DNA of 64,000 nucleotides, taken from an archaeon (GTDB lineage: Archaea; Thermoproteota; Nitrososphaeria; Nitrososphaerales; Gagatemarchaeaceae). The notes beneath the pieces are model-generated. The model worked only from the letters and a program-made list of their open reading frames with translations. It searched no databases and was not told the origin of the DNA. The DNA lies in NCBI GenBank assembly GCA_021800855.1, contig JAJYYP010000001.1:20335-84334 (forward strand), written 5' to 3'. This document shows, in pieces, positions 49,757-58,378 of this stretch (position 1 is its first letter; every line of letters starts with the position of its first letter). The position numbers were made by a program, and so were the translations under genes.

Positions 49757-50032
49757 ATGGAATTTGTTTATCTCGACTTAGCGCAAGCGCTGATTCTAAT
49801 CTTTGGTGGCGTCGTGGTCTACTACGCGGGGAAGGCGTATAGGAAGAGCAAGAGCCAGGCGATGCTCCTCCTGGCCATCGGCTTCGCCTTTGTCACCTTG
49901 GGCGCCCTCGTCGCCGGGGTGATATACAACTTCGGGCCGAAGGATTTGGGGACGGTGATCACGGTGCAGGCGTACTGCCAGGCGGTGGGTTTCTTCATCA
50001 TAGTGTACTCCCTAGCGCGGGCGAAAGGCTGA
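49757..50032 (+). CDS. small 3-TM membrane protein
   Basis: 91-aa ORF starting 62 nt after the ArsR-like gene. Confidence 0.5.
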   Translation: MEFVYLDLAQALILIFGGVVVYYAGKAYRKSKSQAMLLLAIGFAFVTLGALVAGVIYNFGPKDLGTVITVQAYCQAVGFFIIVYSLARAKG

Positions 50033-50082
50033 CGGCCACGCCCGCCCAACACTTCAGGCCAGGATCGGAGTAATCGGCGCGG

Positions 50083-51753
50083 ATGGTGCGTTCTACGGAG
50101 CGCGCGGAAGGCATCGGAAGGCGGAGGACGGGGGCGGTCTGCACCGCCACCGATGCAGTCTCTGCAGTGAAGGACGGGTCAGTGGTGGCGATATCCGGCT
50201 TTAACATGGCCAACACCCCAGAGTATCTCATACTCGAGCTCCACAGGCAGTACATGAGGACAGGCCATCCTAACAGCCTCTTCGTCGTCACTGACGCGCT
50301 TCCGGCGACCCCAGGCAGGGGCCTCGATATCGTGGCCAAAGACCTGTCCCAGAGGGGAGACGGAAGATTCATCCGCGGCATCACTGTCCCGTTCTTCGGC
50401 TTCTCCCCATGGCTACAGAGGCTCGTGGAGGACGACGTTGTGGAGGCATACAGCTGGCCGATGGGTGTGGCCGCATACTGGTTCAGAGAGGTTGCCTCAG
50501 GGAGACCAGGGGTGATCAGCAAGATAGGCATAGACACAGCCATCGACCCGCGAAAGGAAGGCGGGAAAGTCAACGGGCTGGCTGCGGCGAGGAACACCTG
50601 CACTGTGAAGAGGATAATGATCGGGGGGCAGGTTTACCTCCTGTACGAGGCCCCGAAGCCCGATGTAGCTCTGGTCAGGGCCTCCACGGCCGACAGGCGG
50701 GCGAACCTGACGATGGAAGACGAAGTGATCCGTGGGACTGTGCTCAGCATGGCGCAGGCGACCAAGGCCCACCCTAGGCCAGGCATCGTGATAGCGCAGG
50801 TGAGGAACCTGGACAGGGGGGAAGCACACCCCAGGGCGGTCGAAGTCCCAGGCCCCCTGGTCGACATGGTGGTGGTCTCGCCGAAGAAGTACCACTGGCA
50901 GGTGGGCTCGAAGGCATACGACCCTGCCTTCGGCGCAGTCGGGAAGCCGATGCAGATGAGGGGGCAGGACACCATGGACCCTGTGGAGATGGTAATCGCG
51001 AGGCGCGTGCTCGTGGGGCTCGCGGAGGCCGCGAAAAAGAAGGGGGCTCCATACATTGTCAACCTCGGCATAGGGATCCCGGCCCTTGTGTCGACCCTGG
51101 CAGTCGCCGAAGGGCTTGAGGACCGGATAGTCACGGTGGTGGAGTCCGGGCAGTGGGGAGGGGTGGCGCTCCCTGGGGTCGACTTCGGCGCCGCGGTCGG
51201 CCCCTTCGCTCTCTCAACCATGCCGGACATGTTCTCCAACTTCGAGGGTGGGATAATTGATGCCGCCTCTCTAGGGTTCCTCCAAGTCGGGAGGAACGGA
51301 GACGTCAATCCGTCGACCCTTCCGGGGAGGATATATGGCCCGGGTGGGTTCCCTGTGATAGCAGGAGGGTCGCCCCGCATCTACTTCGCTGGTGCCTTCA
51401 CCGCCCGCGGGGCGAAGATAACGATAGCGAGAGGGAAGCTCAAGGTCGTAAAGGACGGCGAAGTGAAGAAGTTCGTGCGGAGCGTCTACAAGAACTTCTT
51501 CAGTGGGAGTCAAGCGCTCAAGTTCGGCAAGGAAGTCGCCTACGTCACCGAGCGGGCGGTCTTCAGGCTCACACCGACCGGGTTGGAGCTCACGGAGCTG
51601 GCACCAGGAGCGGACATCGAGAGGGATGTGCTGGGGGCGATGGAGTACAAACCAGCTGTGTCCAAGGAGCTCAGGGAGATGGACCATGCGCTCTTCAACT
51701 CAGGGCCCATGCGACTTGCGAAGAGGCTCGGGGTCGAGGCAGTCCCATGGTAG
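50083..51753 (+). CDS. acyl-CoA:acetate/3-ketoacid CoA-transferase (family I, fused subunits, YdiF-like)
   Basis: 556 aa. N-terminal AVSAVKDGSVVAISGF. ESGQWGG sits at the position of the catalytic-Glu (SENG-like) motif. Confidence 0.75.
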   Translation: MVRSTERAEGIGRRRTGAVCTATDAVSAVKDGSVVAISGFNMANTPEYLILELHRQYMRTGHPNSLFVVTDALPATPGRGLDIVAKDLSQRGDGRFIRGITVPFFGFSPWLQRLVEDDVVEAYSWPMGVAAYWFREVASGRPGVISKIGIDTAIDPRKEGGKVNGLAAARNTCTVKRIMIGGQVYLLYEAPKPDVALVRASTADRRANLTMEDEVIRGTVLSMAQATKAHPRPGIVIAQVRNLDRGEAHPRAVEVPGPLVDMVVVSPKKYHWQVGSKAYDPAFGAVGKPMQMRGQDTMDPVEMVIARRVLVGLAEAAKKKGAPYIVNLGIGIPALVSTLAVAEGLEDRIVTVVESGQWGGVALPGVDFGAAVGPFALSTMPDMFSNFEGGIIDAASLGFLQVGRNGDVNPSTLPGRIYGPGGFPVIAGGSPRIYFAGAFTARGAKITIARGKLKVVKDGEVKKFVRSVYKNFFSGSQALKFGKEVAYVTERAVFRLTPTGLELTELAPGADIERDVLGAMEYKPAVSKELREMDHALFNSGPMRLAKRLGVEAVPW

Positions 51754-51781
51754 GGAGCGCTGGGGACGGCCCAGTCGAGCG

Positions 51782-52105
51782 CTATCGGAGCGACTCGGCA
51801 TGGATCAGCTCTTCCACCTTCTGGAAATATAGCCGGGTAGCCAGCGGCATGGCTTCTAGGTTCCGATCGATCGCGTCTATGACGTGTCTGACGGCCCGCC
51901 TCGACGACTTGAACTCGAACTTCATAGGAAGGATAGGATCCTGGACCACGCCTATCGAGTCGGTCAGGTATCCGGGGGCCTCTGCTCTGGCGTCGCTTGC
52001 GACCTTCTGGTACCACCCCGAAAGGACCGCTGGGTCTAGACCTTCCTTGAGGTCCTCTATCTCCTTCAGGAGCCTGTTCAGGACAACCATCTCTTCGCTG
52101 GCCAA
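51782..52105 (-). CDS. hypothetical 107-aa protein
   Basis: Clean ORF. Minus-strand CTTAAAC about 28 nt upstream. Confidence 0.45.
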   Translation of the reverse strand: MASEEMVVLNRLLKEIEDLKEGLDPAVLSGWYQKVASDARAEAPGYLTDSIGVVQDPILPMKFEFKSSRRAVRHVIDAIDRNLEAMPLATRLYFQKVEELIHAESLR

Positions 52106-52191
52106 AGTGGCGGAGATGTGACGGCGAGCCGCCGGTTTAAGGGAAAGTGTGTATGTTTGTTGGTCTCACGGTTAGTTTGTCGATGCTTCGG

Positions 52192-52599
52192 TCAGCTGCA
52201 GCGCATCTGGAAGACCTCTGTCTTCTCATACTCCGCCTCCCATGTATGGGTGCTGTTCCTCCCCCTGCGGACCGCGAGAAGGGTGTACCCCGGAGGCGCC
52301 TCACTGTGGGCCCGCTGGAGGATTGCGATGGCAGGTTCACTTTCCTCGTCGAAGGTCTTCACTATGTGCCGCCTGTACTTCTCGATCTCCTTCATGTAGT
52401 CCGTCAGGCAGAGCGTCCGGCCCTGTAGCCTGGCAGAAGTGATTCTCTTTACGGAAGCACCGCAGGCCTCACACTCGACCTTCACCATCCCGTCGGCGAT
52501 GCATACCTTCCCCACCCCTACCACCAGAGGGAACAAGCCGGACGAGGTCTCCTCGGCTCCACAGAGCGAGCACTTCGCCGGAGCTTTGGCTTGATGCAA
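52192..52599 (-). CDS. hypothetical protein with N-terminal CxxC...CxxC zinc-ribbon-like motif
   Basis: CSLCG ... CEACG within the first 50 aa. Confidence 0.45.
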   Translation of the reverse strand: MHQAKAPAKCSLCGAEETSSGLFPLVVGVGKVCIADGMVKVECEACGASVKRITSARLQGRTLCLTDYMKEIEKYRRHIVKTFDEESEPAIAILQRAHSEAPPGYTLLAVRRGRNSTHTWEAEYEKTEVFQMRCS

Positions 52600-52678
52600 A
52601 CTAGGGAGAAGCGGTTGCCACTCGATTTAAGGTTGTGCCAGCGGCGGGATGCCCATTCGGCGGAGCAAGGGCGGCAGC

Positions 52679-53457
52679 CTAGAATATCGGGACGATGTCG
52701 TCCACGTTGGCTATGGTCGCGAGAACCCTCCGCCCTTTCGCGTCGCAGTCGACCCCGCTGGTGACGAATATTGGGTCGATCCCCGCGGCTAGAGCCCCGT
52801 CTATGTCCGTGTCGAGCTGGTCGCCCACCATCACTGCCTTTGCATTCTCGCACCCCGCCCTTTTCAACGCCGCCTCGAACATGAGGGGGGAGGGCTTCCC
52901 CACTATCGTCGCCCGCCTCCCGCTTGCGTATTCGATGTCCCTCACCAGGGGTCCGGTTGCCATGGCGGGTCCCGACCTGTACGCGTAGACCCTCGCGGCG
53001 TGCGTAGCGACCAGCTTAGCCCCGCCCCTAACAAGCCTGGCCGCGTGGTCGAGCTTGTCGTAGGTCACGCGCCTGTCAAGGCCGACGACCACTACGTCGC
53101 ACTTCTCCCCCCTCGTTCGCCTGTGGCCGCGGGCCTCCATCTCCTCTTCGAGCCCCCGCTCTCCTACCAGATAGTAGGCGACGCTGCCGTACCTTTCGCG
53201 CAGGTACTCCGCCGTTAGGAGACCGGATATGATGACCTCGCCCTCGTCCACCCTGATACCGAACTCGACGAGGCGTTCCATACGGTCTTGGCGGTGTCAG
53301 TGGAGTTGTTGGTGAGGACGAACATGCTCTTCCCTCTTGAGCGGATGACGTCGACTGCTGCAGTCCCCCCTATCTTGACGCGGCTCTCCTTCCCCTTGTA
53401 GAAGACACCGTCAAGGTCGAACATGATCAGTTCCTTGTCCCTAAGTAGTCGCTTCAA
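52679..53457 (-). pseudogene. HAD-IIA (NagD/PNPase-like) phosphatase, reading frame broken once
   Basis: The 80-aa ORF (53215-53457) carries MFDLDGVFY and FVLTNNSTDTAKT. The 200-aa ORF (52679-53281) continues ERLVEFGIRV...GKPSP...MVGDQLDTDI in another frame. The junction is at about 53279-53284. Confidence 0.7.
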
Positions 53458-54313
53458 GGCTCAGCCCTCACTTCGCCCGCGCCGTCCACATCAGCCAAGC
53501 AGAAATGGACTATGGGCGCAGCTGTCGCCGTACCGGTCTCTGAGATCATGGAGTTGCGGCTATGTACCAATGGTTCGGTCGGACTCACAGCTGCCGGAGA
53601 CCAGCCCGCGTCCCCACGCCTAGGTCTGGTCCCCCTCCCCGCGCTCTGTCGCTCCATCACATCGCTCACGCCTCGGAAGCATTTGTCAAGAGAAGTTTCG
53701 GGACGCAACGGCTCCGCCGTATCCAACGTTCAATTAAAGACGGCCCTCCCCGGGGAGTCCGCCTTCGCTGGTCCTCTGCCCAACCCGCCAATGCTCCGGC
53801 ATGGCTCGTTTCGACATAACTGCACGTGGACTAGGTTGCAGAGGCGGAATGTGCTCGCCTTCGGCACCGCAAGGAAGTAGGAGCGGGACATCCAGGGGTG
53901 CCCACCGGCAGTTCGGAGAAGTTACGCTGTACATCGAAGCTAGGCTGTCATGCCTCAACTCAGAAATGAGCACCGAGCCGCTTCCCTCGCGTAGAGGAGC
54001 CAATTTTCCTCCATCAGACGCTTCCTAGAACCCACCAGGTATTGGCCGATGGAACCGCGCCGGCTTCAGGAAAAGGGGTCTCCTCCGCGAGCCCTCCCAC
54101 TTCGTGGTGTAAGAGGCGCCCCCTTGACGGGTGCCTGACCAGCAGTAGCCGTCGTATTCAGAGTCTTTAGATTGTCGCGCCTGTGGAAGGCAGGGGGAGT
54201 GATATGCGCTACAGAGGCATCCCTCTCATTCCCCCCACCCTGCGTTGGAACTCCCACTTCCAACAGGTTTGTCCGCCTGTATGGTTGCATCCAGAGGCAG
54301 GAGGCTTGCTAAC

Positions 54314-54324
54314 AAAACTTTTAG
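54314..54324 (+). promoter_or_regulatory. TATA-like element (AAAACTTTTAG)
   Basis: 29 nt upstream of ATG 54353. Confidence 0.3.
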
Positions 54325-54352
54325 CCTCCAGCGGCGGTTTTCGCCGTTTGTA

Positions 54353-55213
54353 ATGCATCCCCAACTCAAGACATTTAGCATCATCTCGGTCCTCATGATT
54401 ATGATCGTTGCGCTGGGCCTTGTTTTCGCCCCGATAGGGCTGGGAGGAACATCCCCGAGCCCTGGCAATCGCCCGGCCACACAAACAAGTACCGGCCGGG
54501 GACCCAGCCTCCTGATCAAAGCGGAGGGGACGGAAGCAGGAGAGACCTACGCATCCATACAGCAAGGCGCGAATCTTTCTCGATACCTTACGCCGATGTC
54601 GAGGCTGGAGTTCGTCGTTACTGTCATTGGACCCGGAGGTGTCGTAGTCCCAGGCAGGACCCCGACATACAGCCTCTACACAAACTCTTCCGGGGAGGTC
54701 GAGGCAGAGTTGCCGCCAGGGAACTACTCAGTGCAAGCCGCGGGGTCGAACTTCTTCTTCAAGAGATACGTCCTCCTGATGGAGAATCTCACCACTGCCC
54801 TCACTCTGAGGGAGCTGCCTCAAGCGGAGGCGGTCAGTACAGCCATCGTGGTGAACCAGGACACTGCCAAGGGTGTTGAGAGCACGGGCACCATATATCT
54901 AGAGATAAACGGGAGTTTCCGATACAGTCCGACCTCTGTATATCAGTTAATAGGGACGATGGGTGGATACCCCTCCCCTCCCTCGAACGTGACACTTACC
55001 AGGACGAACGCAACCGGTATTAGCGGAATCGGGCCTATACTGCTGACCAGCCCCTTGGTCACAATAAACGGGACCATCGAAGGGTCATACACAGCCCCCA
55101 GAGGGGCATGGGTTGTAATGGCCCCAACGACATTTGCCCCAGCGCTACCGGATTCGGGGGTCGAACTTGTTTACTACGCGGCGAACTCCACGGTGAGCTA
55201 CATTGCCGGTTGA
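54353..55213 (+). CDS. membrane-anchored, sequon-rich surface protein (beta-sandwich/CarboxypepD_reg-like segment)
   Basis: Start moved to ATG 54353 (MHPQLKTFSIISVLMIMIVALGLVF, an N-terminal TM). I count nine N-x-S/T sequons. The segment GNYSVQAAGSNFF is consistent with a CarboxypepD_reg-like fold. Confidence 0.6.
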   Translation: MHPQLKTFSIISVLMIMIVALGLVFAPIGLGGTSPSPGNRPATQTSTGRGPSLLIKAEGTEAGETYASIQQGANLSRYLTPMSRLEFVVTVIGPGGVVVPGRTPTYSLYTNSSGEVEAELPPGNYSVQAAGSNFFFKRYVLLMENLTTALTLRELPQAEAVSTAIVVNQDTAKGVESTGTIYLEINGSFRYSPTSVYQLIGTMGGYPSPPSNVTLTRTNATGISGIGPILLTSPLVTINGTIEGSYTAPRGAWVVMAPTTFAPALPDSGVELVYYAANSTVSYIAG

Positions 55214-55229
55214 GCTTTCAGCAGCTGAC

Positions 55230-55592
55230 ATGCTGCTCATGGTAGATACGGCGCTGGTCGTCGCTGGAGCGATCGGGTATGTCCTGATGAAAAGAATGAG
55301 GCCCACTGAACCCTTTGACATTAAATCTGCATATGCTGTGCTGGACCGCTCCATCACAAGGTATGTCCCCACTATCGGAGATGGATTCACCTGGAACGAA
55401 GCCTTCAAGCAACTCAAAGAGGCAGGGGTCGAAGCAGATTGGAAGAAGATGGAGAAGCACCTGTCCGAGTACGAAGCATACAGGTATGGGGGTAGAGAAG
55501 CGCCAAATAATGGGCAGGAAGACGTCATTTCACTGGCGTTGAGATTGAGGAGAACCCTGGTTGGTATCAGAGCTAAAGGAAAGAGTGCTTAG
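55230..55592 (+). CDS. TM + DUF4129-like domain protein
   Basis: N-terminal TM. FTWNEAFKQL....LSEYEAYRYGG matches the DUF4129 pattern (..E....l..LT..YE.ARYG) as I remember it. ATG 55230 preferred over TTG 55203. Confidence 0.5.
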   Translation: MLLMVDTALVVAGAIGYVLMKRMRPTEPFDIKSAYAVLDRSITRYVPTIGDGFTWNEAFKQLKEAGVEADWKKMEKHLSEYEAYRYGGREAPNNGQEDVISLALRLRRTLVGIRAKGKSA

Positions 55593-56496
55593 AGAAGTCG
55601 GGAAAGTTGTTATCGGAAGGGAAAGGGAGACAGAGCTCCTTCTGATCTCCTTCCTGGCAAGAGGGCACGTTCTCCTTGAGGGGGTGCCCGGGATCTCCAA
55701 GACGATTCTTGCCAAGGCATTCGCAAGGTGCATGGGAGTGGACTTCAAGCGGATCCAGTTTACACCGGACATGCTCCCGATGGATATGGTCGGAGGGTTC
55801 GTCTTCAACCTGAAGGAGAGAGAGTTCGAGTTCAGACGAGGCCCGGTATTTACCAACCTTCTATTGGCGGACGAGATAAACAGGGCGCCCCCGAAGGTGC
55901 AGAGCGCCCTCCTCGAGTCGATGCAAGAATCACAGGTCACAGTGGAAGGACACACGGAAGCGCTTCCAAACCCCTTCATGGTCATTGCCACGCAAAACCC
56001 CCAGGAGTTCCAGGGGGTTTACCCGCTCCCTGAGAACCAGCTGGACAGGTTTTTGATGAGAATCGAGGTAGGATATCCCAATCTGTCCGTTGAGTCATCC
56101 GTCATAAAGCGCAACCTCGAGGACATGCGTACCGAAGACATCGACGAGGTGGTCGGCAAAGAAGAGCTCCTGAAGATGCTCGATGGGGTGACCAGAGTAA
56201 AGGTGTCCGATGAGATTGTCGAGTATCTCTCCGTAATCGCTCTTGAGACCAGGAGGGAAAGCAGGTTGAGTCTGGGTGCCAGCCCAAGGGCCCTTGTCCA
56301 ACTTTCCCACTGCGCCAGGGCTGTGGCATACCTTGCCGAGAGAGACTACGTTACCCCCGAGGACATCAAAGGCATTGTCGGGTACGTGCTTGGGCACAGA
56401 GTCAAACTCAATCAGTCGGCCGTCCTGGTTGGGACTGCCAATGACCCCCTGCAGGTGGTCCAAGACATACTTACCAAAGTGAAGCCACCACGATAG
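55561..56496 (+). CDS. MoxR-family AAA+ ATPase
   Basis: Walker A GVPGISKT, Walker B LLADEINRAPPKVQSALLE, and the ATQNP sensor region. TTG at 55561 or GTG at 55585, both overlapping the upstream gene. Confidence 0.9.
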   Translation: MVSELKERVLREVGKVVIGRERETELLLISFLARGHVLLEGVPGISKTILAKAFARCMGVDFKRIQFTPDMLPMDMVGGFVFNLKEREFEFRRGPVFTNLLLADEINRAPPKVQSALLESMQESQVTVEGHTEALPNPFMVIATQNPQEFQGVYPLPENQLDRFLMRIEVGYPNLSVESSVIKRNLEDMRTEDIDEVVGKEELLKMLDGVTRVKVSDEIVEYLSVIALETRRESRLSLGASPRALVQLSHCARAVAYLAERDYVTPEDIKGIVGYVLGHRVKLNQSAVLVGTANDPLQVVQDILTKVKPPR

Positions 56497-56531
56497 GCCT
56501 CACAAGCCATGGAAAGGCCCTGCTAGAGGGG

Positions 56532-57602
56532 ATGACCCTGACATCAATCGCAGCGTCTCTTGCAAACTTCAGTTGGGGTCTGGCGCTGGGGTTCTCCCTT
56601 GCCATCGTGGTGCTGATTTCTCTCTTTCTGCTTTTGGCTTTCCCGAAGAAGGAACTCGAGCTGACGGTCAAAGACAGGGTCAGGCGCGCCTTCAAGGGAG
56701 AGCAGGTCTCGAGCGAAATCCGCCTTGGTTCTGGACGGTGGACCCCCAGGGCCACGTTGGAGGTCCTCTCAGCCCCGGAAGGTCTAGAGACAGTCATCCG
56801 GGGGGAGGAAAGAGACAGGACCCTTGCCGTGAGGTCGAAATATGCTGGCGTGTACCAAGGGATATCCCTCAAGGTTGGTATCCTCGACCCGCTGGGCCTG
56901 TTCGTTCGTAAAGAAGTGCACGCGCTGCAGGTCTCCTATGAGTTCCTCCCGACATCCCTTCTTGCGAAGGAAGGGCCCCTTAGGCTGACGGCGCTGATCC
57001 CTGGGGACTACCCCGGGGGGAGGAGAGGGTTTGGCCAAGAGTTCTACGCGACAGAGCCCTACGGGAGCTCGAGCAACTCAAAGGACATAATGTGGAAACG
57101 GCAGGCTAAGCTGTCCTATGAGTCTCTGATGGTTAGGGTTGGAGAGGCGAACATACCGGAGCAGCTTTCGGTCTGTTTTGTTGAAAAGATGGAAACGGAC
57201 CCTAAGAGGCTCCCACGCTGGATGGATCTCGCATCTGAGGCGCTGGCCAGTGTCGGACTTCCGGTAGTCTCGACTGGGATCACGTTGAGAGTGGAACATG
57301 TCAAAAAGAACGGGACAGCGGTCGCGGAGGCCAGAGACTTGGGCGGCCTCGCTTCACTCATAATGAAGATCTGGACGGGAGTGGAACCCGGGACAATAGA
57401 CGATGAGCGCGACCATGTCGACATGGTGATCACGGCAGAAGAGGAGACGCAAGCCCCCGAGACAATGAGATTGGTCCTCGACAAGCCTTCAGTCATCCTC
57501 TGCGGAAGTCACCGCCGGAGAGAAGTACAAGGCACCAACGTGATGTTCTACACGGGTCACGAAGACGTGAGCAATCTGGTAGCGAGTGTCCTCAGTCGAT
57601 GA
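56532..57602 (+). CDS. DUF58-family protein (vWA-like, MoxR partner)
   Basis: N-terminal TM pair. GGRRGFGQEFYATEPYGSSSNSKDIMWKRQAKL matches the DUF58 core pattern. Confidence 0.75.
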   Translation: MTLTSIAASLANFSWGLALGFSLAIVVLISLFLLLAFPKKELELTVKDRVRRAFKGEQVSSEIRLGSGRWTPRATLEVLSAPEGLETVIRGEERDRTLAVRSKYAGVYQGISLKVGILDPLGLFVRKEVHALQVSYEFLPTSLLAKEGPLRLTALIPGDYPGGRRGFGQEFYATEPYGSSSNSKDIMWKRQAKLSYESLMVRVGEANIPEQLSVCFVEKMETDPKRLPRWMDLASEALASVGLPVVSTGITLRVEHVKKNGTAVAEARDLGGLASLIMKIWTGVEPGTIDDERDHVDMVITAEEETQAPETMRLVLDKPSVILCGSHRRREVQGTNVMFYTGHEDVSNLVASVLSR

Positions 57603-58378
57603 TGGCGAAGTCCGTTGTCGCCCTAGCGGCCATGGGCGCGCTCCTAACGATAGACTTGAACTACATGGTTGCATTCGCACACTCGTACATCTTAGCCAAG
57701 TCGACAATGATCGAACTCGCGGTCTTCTGGTTGCAGTTCGCGAAGACGATCATGGTGCTCGTGGTGAAGAGGCTCAGACATGCAGGTCAGGCACTCTTGG
57801 TCGACATCTACGGAGCAGAGCTCCTCCTCATACCGGCGGTTCTTCTCTCCGCCTTCTTCGTAGGGCCTCGGGCGGTGGGGAGCTTCCTCAGCCAACTAAT
57901 CGGCGGATGGATCGTCGGGGTGCTGTTCTTCGGTCTCCCGTTCGTAGCGTATAGGCTCAGAGGCTCAATTGCTGGGTCCGGGTCGCTCCCGACTCTCCTC
58001 CCATCCGGGATAGTGGCCGCCGAGCTCAGCGTCATGCTGGCGAACGCTTCGGGAACGGCCGCAGGCTCGCAAGTGGGGCTATCCGACCTGCTTACAATGG
58101 CCGCTCAAAACAATGGATTAGGGGTTCCGGAGAACCTCACTGTCTTCGCGGCACTCTGTGTGCTCTACGCTTCGCTCCTGGTATATGCCGTGCTGGGACT
58201 GGGCTCAGGGTACGCCGTCGACAGAAATAGAGCGCTGGTCGTGGGCACTCTAGCCACAGGGTCGAGCCTGGTCTGGTTCCTCCTATTTTCCACCTTCTCG
58301 TTGGGTGACATCGTGGTCTACTCGTTTCCGACGTTCGTGATTGCCGGGACTGTGTGGTGGTACGCGCATGCAGGCTAA
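57599..58378 (+). CDS. polytopic membrane protein (about 7 TM), no recognisable enzymatic domain
   Basis: ATGA overlap with the DUF58 gene. Hydrophobic throughout. Confidence 0.6.
   Translation: MMAKSVVALAAMGALLTIDLNYMVAFAHSYILAKSTMIELAVFWLQFAKTIMVLVVKRLRHAGQALLVDIYGAELLLIPAVLLSAFFVGPRAVGSFLSQLIGGWIVGVLFFGLPFVAYRLRGSIAGSGSLPTLLPSGIVAAELSVMLANASGTAAGSQVGLSDLLTMAAQNNGLGVPENLTVFAALCVLYASLLVYAVLGLGSGYAVDRNRALVVGTLATGSSLVWFLLFSTFSLGDIVVYSFPTFVIAGTVWWYAHAG

Noticed and set aside
53750-53850. GGGGAGTCCGCC (53751-53762) with complementary GGCGGA (53842-53847), considered as an RNase P CR-I/P4-like pair
   Set aside because: The conserved GGAAAGUCC adenosines are missing. The two strands are only about 80 nt apart. 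No J11/12 or CR-IV/V-like elements were found on either strand.
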